Source: Gemmatimonadota bacterium (GTDB lineage: Bacteria > Gemmatimonadota > Gemmatimonadetes > Palauibacterales > Palauibacteraceae). From it: DNA of 64,000 nt. The notes under the pieces were generated by a model. The model searched no databases, was not told the DNA's origin, and saw only the letters and a program-made list of their open reading frames with translations. The position numbers were made by a program, and so were the translations under genes. Numbering within the stretch: the first letter of the stretch is position 1; the number at the start of each line of letters is the position of its first letter. The DNA lies in assembly GCA_963666735.1 (NCBI GenBank), contig OY762926.1:704001-768000 (forward strand), in the 5' to 3' direction. Below are positions 58,172 to 64,000 of this stretch, in pieces.

Positions 58172-59085
58172 GCCCCGGCTGGCTCCTCTGCGAGCCCAAC
58201 GTGAGCGAGGGGCGCGACCCACGCAGGATGGCCCGCTTCGCGGCCGCCGTCGATGAAATTCGCGGCGTCGAACTCCTCCACAGATCGGCCGACCCGGACC
58301 ACCATCGCATGGTGCTCGCCTACCGGGGGGCTCCCGAAGCCGTGGTCCGCGCGACGTCGGCGCTCGCGGGGGCCGTGTACGCCGAAGTCGATCTGCGGCG
58401 GCACCGGGGCGAGCACCCGCGGATCGGCGCACTGGATGTCGTCCCCTTCGTGCGCGGCCCGCGGTGTCCAGAGGCCGAGGCGCTCCGGGCGTCCCGCTCC
58501 TTCGGCGAGTGGGCGGCGGCGCGCTCGGTCCCGGTCTTCTTTTACGAACGGGCCGCGACAAACCCGGACCGGACTTCCCTTCCCGGCATCCGGTCCGGAC
58601 AGTTCGAGGGTCTGGCCGGGAAGTTGTCACACCCCGGATGGAGGCCGGATCTCGGTCCTCCGGCCCCCCATCCGTCGCTCGGCGCCGTCGTCGTCGGGGT
58701 GCGAGAGGCCCTCGTGCGCTTCAACGTGAACCTCGACACGACAGATCCGGGACCCGCTCGCCGCATCGCCGCGGCGATCCGGGAATCGGGCGGCGGGCTG
58801 CCGTACGTCCGCGCACTCGGAATCCCGCTGCGGCGGAGGGGATTGACGCAGGTGTCCATGAACCTGACCCGCTACGCCGTGACCGGGGTTCGCACGGCGT
58901 ACGAGCGCGTCGCCGAAGGCGCGCGGGCGGAGGGTGTGGCGCCGGCGGGTTGCGAGTTCATCGGTCCGGTGCCTGCGGAGGCGATCCGCGGCCTCGACCT
59001 CTCGCGACTGGACGCGGATGTCGCGCCGGACCAGATATTGGAGTTGCCGCGGACCCGAGACAGCGGAGAGGGAGGAAGGGGATGA
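58168..59085 (+). CDS. ftcD: Glutamate formimidoyltransferase (FtcD N-terminal domain only); probable CTG start
   Basis: [41 protein letters not shown] at 58168 overlaps the hutH TGA. Confidence 0.88.
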   Translation: MSPGWLLCEPNVSEGRDPRRMARFAAAVDEIRGVELLHRSADPDHHRMVLAYRGAPEAVVRATSALAGAVYAEVDLRRHRGEHPRIGALDVVPFVRGPRCPEAEALRASRSFGEWAAARSVPVFFYERAATNPDRTSLPGIRSGQFEGLAGKLSHPGWRPDLGPPAPHPSLGAVVVGVREALVRFNVNLDTTDPGPARRIAAAIRESGGGLPYVRALGIPLRRRGLTQVSMNLTRYAVTGVRTAYERVAEGARAEGVAPAGCEFIGPVPAEAIRGLDLSRLDADVAPDQILELPRTRDSGEGGRG

Positions 59086-60740
59086 AACCGGCCGGACCGA
59101 TCCGGGCGCCGAGGGGAACGACGCTTTCGTGCAAGGGATGGCACCAGGAGGCGGCCCTCCGGATGCTGATGAACAACCTCGACCCGGACGTGGCGGAGCG
59201 CCCCGGAGACCTCGTCGTGTACGGGGGCGCGGGCAAGGCGGCGCGTGACTGGGCCGCGTACGCGAAGATCGTGGAGACGCTGCGCCGGCTGGAGAACGAC
59301 GAAACCCTGCTCGTCCAGAGCGGGAAGCCGGTCGGCGTGTTCCCCACCCACGACGAGGCGCCGCGCGTGCTCATCGCGAACGCCCACCTCGTCCCCCGCT
59401 GGGGGGATATCGACGAGTTCCGGCGTCTCGATGCCCTGGGACTCACGATGTACGGGCAGATGACCGCGGGTTCGTGGATCTACATCGGCACGCAGGGGAT
59501 CCTCCAGGGGACCTACGAGACGTTCGCGGAAATCGCGCGGCAGCACTTCGGGGGTTCTCTCGCGGGACGGCTCGTGGTGACCGCCGGGTTGGGGGGGATG
59601 GGGGGCGCCCAGCCGCTCGCCGCGACGATGAACGGGGGGGCCTTCCTCGGGGTCGAGGTCCGGGAGGACCGCATTCGCCGGCGCCTCGACACGGGCTACT
59701 GCGACCGCATGACGACGGACCTCGACGAGGCGCTGGAGTTGCTCTCCGCCGCCATGGACCGGGGGGAGGCGCTCTCGGTGGCCCTGCTCGGGAACATCGC
59801 CGAAGTCCTGCCCGCGCTCGCGGAGCGCGGCGTCGTGCCCGACGTGCTCACGGATCAGACCTCGGCGCACGACCTCCGTCTCGGCTACATCCCGGCGGGC
59901 CTGTCCGTGGAGGAGGCCGAGGCGCTGAGCCTCTCCGACCCGGACGCATACGTCGAGCGGGTCCTCGATTCCATGGTGACGCACGTGTCGGCCATGCTCG
60001 CGCTCAGGGCGCGAGGAGCGATCGCGTTCGACTACGGGAACAACCTTCGCGGCCAGGTGGCCGACCTGCGCGGCATGGCGGAGGCCTTCGACATTCCCGG
60101 CTTCGTGCCGGCCTTCATTCGACCCCTTTTCTGCCGGGGCGCGGGCCCCTTCCGCTGGGCCGCCCTCTCCGGCGATCCCGAGGACATCGCGGCGACGGAC
60201 GCGGCGGTCCTCGAGACGTTCCCGGAGAAGGAGGCGCTGGGCCGCTGGATCCGCCAGGCGCGCGAGCGGGTGCGCTTCCAGGGTCTCCCCTCCCGCATCT
60301 GCTGGCTCGAGTACGGCGAACGGGCGGAGATGGGAGAGCGCTTCAACTGGCTCGTGCAGACGGGACGGGCGCGGGCGCCCATCGTGATCGGGCGCGATCA
60401 CCTCGACACCGGCTCCGTGGCTTCGCCCAATCGGGAGACGGAAGGGATGCGGGACGGTTCCGACGCGATCGCCGACTGGCCGCTGCTGAACGCGATGCTC
60501 AACACCGCCTGCGGGGCGAGCTGGGTCTCGATTCACAACGGGGGCGGCGTGGGCATCGGGTATTCCACCCATGCGGGCATGGTGTGCGTCGCCGACGGGA
60601 CGGCATCCGGCAGCCGGCGGCTGGAGCGCGTGCTCACGGCGGATCCGGGCACCGGAGTCATGCGACACGCCGACGCGGGGTATCCGGAAGCGATCCGCAC
60701 CGCCCGCGAGCGCGGCGTCGACCTTCCCATGCTCGAATAG
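59082..60740 (+). CDS. hutU: Urocanate hydratase
   Basis: [60 protein letters not shown]. Confidence 0.97.
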   Translation: MKPAGPIRAPRGTTLSCKGWHQEAALRMLMNNLDPDVAERPGDLVVYGGAGKAARDWAAYAKIVETLRRLENDETLLVQSGKPVGVFPTHDEAPRVLIANAHLVPRWGDIDEFRRLDALGLTMYGQMTAGSWIYIGTQGILQGTYETFAEIARQHFGGSLAGRLVVTAGLGGMGGAQPLAATMNGGAFLGVEVREDRIRRRLDTGYCDRMTTDLDEALELLSAAMDRGEALSVALLGNIAEVLPALAERGVVPDVLTDQTSAHDLRLGYIPAGLSVEEAEALSLSDPDAYVERVLDSMVTHVSAMLALRARGAIAFDYGNNLRGQVADLRGMAEAFDIPGFVPAFIRPLFCRGAGPFRWAALSGDPEDIAATDAAVLETFPEKEALGRWIRQARERVRFQGLPSRICWLEYGERAEMGERFNWLVQTGRARAPIVIGRDHLDTGSVASPNRETEGMRDGSDAIADWPLLNAMLNTACGASWVSIHNGGGVGIGYSTHAGMVCVADGTASGSRRLERVLTADPGTGVMRHADAGYPEAIRTARERGVDLPMLE

Positions 60741-60756
60741 CGGCCGGCTCGCCGCC

Positions 60757-61989
60757 ATGCCGCGCCTCACGAACATCGGCTGTCTCGCCACCTGCGCGAA
60801 CCCTGCCGGCCAGGACGACATCGGGCTCATCCGGGATGCCGAACTCGTGTGGCGGGATGGAATCGTCCTGTGGGCCGGGCCGGCAGCCACGCTGCCGGCG
60901 GAATACCGGCAGGAACCCGAGTGGGACGCCGGAGGGCGCCTCGTCATCCCGGGGCTCGTGGATGCACATACACACCTCGCCTTCGGCGGTTGGCGAGCGG
61001 GCGAGTTCGCGGACCGCATCCAGGGTCGGGACTACCTCGAGATCGCCGCCGCCGGAGGCGGAATCAAATCGACGGTGCGGGCGACCCGGGCACTCGACGA
61101 AAATGCGCTCCTCGACCGCTCACGGGAGTTCCTGTCCGGGATGGTCTCGCTCGGGATCACGACGGTCGAGGCGAAGAGCGGGTACGGGCTGGACCTCGAG
61201 ACGGAGCTCCGACTCCTGCGGGTTTACCGGCGACTCGCCGAGATGGGACCTGCGCGGATCATCGCGACGTGCCTCGCCGCGCACGTCGTCCCGCCGGAAT
61301 GGGCCGGGGACCGGGCGGGCTACGTCCGACTCATCACCGAGGAGATCCTGCCGGCAGTGGCCGAGGAGGGGCTGGCGGATTTCTGCGATGTGTTCGTCGA
61401 GGATTCGGCCTTCTCCGCCGCCGAGGCGCGGCGGATCTGTGAACGGGGATCCGAACTGGGGTTACGCCCGAAGCTCCATGTGGATCAGCTCACAGACGGC
61501 GGCGGGGCCAAACTCGCCGCGTCGCTCGGGGCCGCGTCGGCGGACCACCTGGAGTACGCGTCGGAAGCCGGGATCGAAGCGCTCGCGGCGGCCGGCGTCG
61601 TCGGGGTCACCCTTCCTCTCGCCAACCTCTACCTGAACCAGGCTCCGCCTCCTGCCCGGGCTCTCATCGACGGGGGCGTCGCGGTGGCGGTGGCCAGCGA
61701 TTTCAACCCCGGCACGGCCCCGTGCTATCACCTTCCCTTCGCGATGACGCTCGCGTGCACCCGACAGCGGATGGCGCCCGCCGAAGTGCTCAAGGGCGCG
61801 ACGCGCTACGCGGCCCGGGCCCTCGGCCGCGAAGGTGAAGCGGGATCGCTGGAGCCGGGAGCCGCGGCCGACTTCGCGGTCATCGATGCCCCGGACGTGG
61901 AACACTGGATCTACCACCTCCGGCCCAACGCGTGTGTTGCCACAGTGATGGGCGGTGAGATCCGACACGGCGGTCTCCGGGGAGCGTAG
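60757..61989 (+). CDS. hutI: Imidazolonepropionase
   Basis: PGLVD.HTH, GGGI.STV, E.KSGYGL, DVF.E, H.DQL, SADHLE, SDFNPG. Confidence 0.95.
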   Translation: MPRLTNIGCLATCANPAGQDDIGLIRDAELVWRDGIVLWAGPAATLPAEYRQEPEWDAGGRLVIPGLVDAHTHLAFGGWRAGEFADRIQGRDYLEIAAAGGGIKSTVRATRALDENALLDRSREFLSGMVSLGITTVEAKSGYGLDLETELRLLRVYRRLAEMGPARIIATCLAAHVVPPEWAGDRAGYVRLITEEILPAVAEEGLADFCDVFVEDSAFSAAEARRICERGSELGLRPKLHVDQLTDGGGAKLAASLGAASADHLEYASEAGIEALAAAGVVGVTLPLANLYLNQAPPPARALIDGGVAVAVASDFNPGTAPCYHLPFAMTLACTRQRMAPAEVLKGATRYAARALGREGEAGSLEPGAAADFAVIDAPDVEHWIYHLRPNACVATVMGGEIRHGGLRGA

Positions 61990-62010
61990 ACGGCTTCGCG
62001 GCGCCCGAAG

Positions 62011-63333
62011 TCAGGCGCCGGGATCCACAACGGCATCGAGCGGGGCGGCGCCGCCATCCAACCCGATGACCGCACGGTTCCAACCGCCGTCCTGCCGGCG
62101 GACGAGGCGCAGCATCTCCGTCGCGGCGTCGAGCAGGTCCGCGGCAATCAGCTTGCCGGCGTAGCTCTCCCGGATCGTGCGCACGGGCGTGTGTCCGACG
62201 ACGTGAATGGCGGCATCGAAACGCTCCAGGACGGCGTCGAGGTGGCCCCCGAGCGTGTCGGCGAGCACGAGATCCCGATACCAGAGCACGCTCTCCGGTC
62301 CGAAGAAGAAGTCGTACCGGCGGTAGATCTGGGCCGAATCGAGCCGGGTTTCGCGCGCGAATTCCTCGAGGAACGCCGCGTCCCGCCATCTCGTGAACAG
62401 CGGCTCCGCGATGAAGGTCTCCAGGGTGTCCTGGTACTCCTCGAGCGAGACGTCGACGTATGCCGGACTCACGCCCCCGTGCGCGAGCAGCAGGTCCCCC
62501 AGTCGAACCAGCCCCGGCTTGGCGGCGATCCAGCGTCCGAGAACGGAACGGCCCGGGTCGAACAGCGCCTCGTAGGACATGCCGTGCCAGTCGCCGATCG
62601 TCTGTTCCTTCGGCGCCACGTAGCGCAGGTCGCCGGACAGGACCATCGCTTCATGGTTGCCGAGGAGCGTGATGACCCGGCCGCCGGCCGCGTGCGCCTC
62701 CCGTTCCAGGCCGTAAATGAACCAGAGGAGGCGGGTCACGTCTTCCCCCCGGTCGAACAGGTCTCCGAGAAAGGCGACGACGGCGCGGCCGCCCGTCCAG
62801 CGCCGTTCCGCGTCGATCAGGCCGGCCACCCCGAGCAGCGAGACGACGCGGTCGAACTCGCCGTGCACATCCCCGAACACGAACACGGAGTCGTGCCCGC
62901 CGAGGTCGACTTCCGGCGAAGGAGGCTCCACCCGGATCCGGGTTCGGTGCAGGGCCGTGGCCCCCCCGGCATCGTCCGGCTGTTCCGCCCCGTATTCGAG
63001 CGTGATTTCGGGCGCCCGGACCCGCAGGCGAACCGCGTGTGCGTACCCGCGGTCCGTCCTTTGCTCATCGACCACTCGTCCATCCACGATCGCCCGGACC
63101 CGCCCGGACCGCACTTCCTCCGTGATCCAGCGCACGTCGAGACCGCGTCCGGTGAACGCGACGTAGAGTCCGTATTCCCCCGCCAGGCGCAAACCGGCCT
63201 GTCCCGTTGGCGGGAGGGACCCGGCCCGTCGCGGCCCGTCGCCGGAAGCGGGCGCGGAGGCGCCGGTCCACCCCACCCCTGCGACGGCGACGGCACAGTA
63301 CAGGAGACCGGACACCCGGCGGGGGAGCTTCAG
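62011..63333 (-). CDS. Exported metallophosphoesterase (Shewanella-like phosphatase type)
   Basis: GDVHG, GDLFDRG, GNHE, HGG and GHT motifs; signal-like N-terminus. Start is CTG 63333 (CTGA overlap) or GTG 63315. Confidence 0.85.
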   Translation of the reverse strand: MKLPRRVSGLLYCAVAVAGVGWTGASAPASGDGPRRAGSLPPTGQAGLRLAGEYGLYVAFTGRGLDVRWITEEVRSGRVRAIVDGRVVDEQRTDRGYAHAVRLRVRAPEITLEYGAEQPDDAGGATALHRTRIRVEPPSPEVDLGGHDSVFVFGDVHGEFDRVVSLLGVAGLIDAERRWTGGRAVVAFLGDLFDRGEDVTRLLWFIYGLEREAHAAGGRVITLLGNHEAMVLSGDLRYVAPKEQTIGDWHGMSYEALFDPGRSVLGRWIAAKPGLVRLGDLLLAHGGVSPAYVDVSLEEYQDTLETFIAEPLFTRWRDAAFLEEFARETRLDSAQIYRRYDFFFGPESVLWYRDLVLADTLGGHLDAVLERFDAAIHVVGHTPVRTIRESYAGKLIAADLLDAATEMLRLVRRQDGGWNRAVIGLDGGAAPLDAVVDPGA

Positions 63334-64000
63334 GGGAGCAACTCGTAGCGGCCTTCGTCCACCCACTCGATGAGGCGGACGATGCGCCGGTGCATGGACC
63401 GGATCTCCGATTCCGTGAGCCCGAGCTGAATCCGGTCCCCGTCGCGCCGAACCCCGCGGCCGGGATCGAGGTTCCCGGCCGGCTCCACCTCCACGAAGTT
63501 CCCGTCCCGCAGCTCGAACTGGACGAGGACCCCGAGTTGCGCCTGCAACCCCTCGAGCGAGACGTCGCGCAACCGGTCGATGGCGAAGGCCGGGTAGCGG
63601 TCGAGGCGCAGGTTGCGCCACCGCGTGCCGCGGTCGCTCTCCTCGCTCGCGAACGCCACGCCGTTGTCGACGCTGAACACGCGGGGCCACGCGGAATCCA
63701 TCGACTGCACGAAGTTCCCCCGGTTCGAATCGCCGTGACGGATGATGTACGTGAGGAGGTTGAAGTTCCCGAGCAGACGCTCGTAGACCTCGTCCTCCTC
63801 GAGCCGGTCGTCGTCGGGCAGATCGTCGGGAAGATCGACGTTGAACATCCAGTACTGGAGCGCGACGAGGGTCATCGGCCACTCGTCGAACGTCCGTTCC
63901 GGAGGGTTGGCGGCATCCCCCGTCCGGGCGACCGTGGCCCGGACGGCGTCGATGGGGAAGGCGCGGATCGCGGTCGGAGGCACGACCCGTTCCCGCTCGT
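63330..64000 (-). CDS. Atypical kinase-like protein (PI3/4-kinase/HipA-like catalytic motifs), 5' truncated
   Basis: VPPT..R, LQYW, 'GDSNRGN' catalytic-loop-like and 'SVDNGVAF' DFG-like motifs; frame open to the window end. Confidence 0.55.
   Translation of the reverse strand, partial: ERERVVPPTAIRAFPIDAVRATVARTGDAANPPERTFDEWPMTLVALQYWMFNVDLPDDLPDDDRLEEDEVYERLLGNFNLLTYIIRHGDSNRGNFVQSMDSAWPRVFSVDNGVAFASEESDRGTRWRNLRLDRYPAFAIDRLRDVSLEGLQAQLGVLVQFELRDGNFVEVEPAGNLDPGRGVRRDGDRIQLGLTESEIRSMHRRIVRLIEWVDEGRYELLP

Noticed and set aside
61990..62012. Bidirectional terminator between hutI and the phosphatase
   Set aside because: Only a short imperfect stem and no U/A tracts.

Overview
GC-rich bacterial chromosomal window. 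The 16S sequence and gene order suggest phylum Gemmatimonadota (inference, no search run). It is mostly core genome around the probable replication terminus: a 28-bp XerC/D dif site at 11591-11618 lies exactly where + strand genes (a lipid-linked glycosylation trio, a K+ channel, three tandem DUF5916-like outer-membrane paralogs) meet a ~43-kb run of - strand genes. That run is tRNA-His, a stand-alone 16S rRNA with no 23S/5S, era, ycaR, rnr, frameshifted prfB, lysS, lolCE/D, mcsA/B, clpC, bamA, skp, the lpx cluster, rlmH, bshC, murJ, uvrC, gltX, thrC, der, plsY, gpsA, surE and pcm. The right end holds a TM2-chdC-hut operon and a convergent kinase-like/metallophosphatase pair. I found no mobile elements or CRISPR arrays. 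Most notable observations: (1) several conserved genes (murJ, lpxB, rnr, ftcD) appear to start at CTG, mostly through CTGA stop/start overlaps, and the 16S has unusual h27/h44 substitutions; (2) the orphan 16S lies directly upstream of era and RNase R; (3) a DUF374(LpxJ-like)-LpxK fusion in an lpx cluster with no waaA; (4) a LysRS with a CxxC-x11-CxxC N-terminus; (5) a HutH-like lyase with KC in place of the SH specificity motif; (6) a bistable two-hairpin intergenic element. All protein calls come from motif recognition, not database searches.
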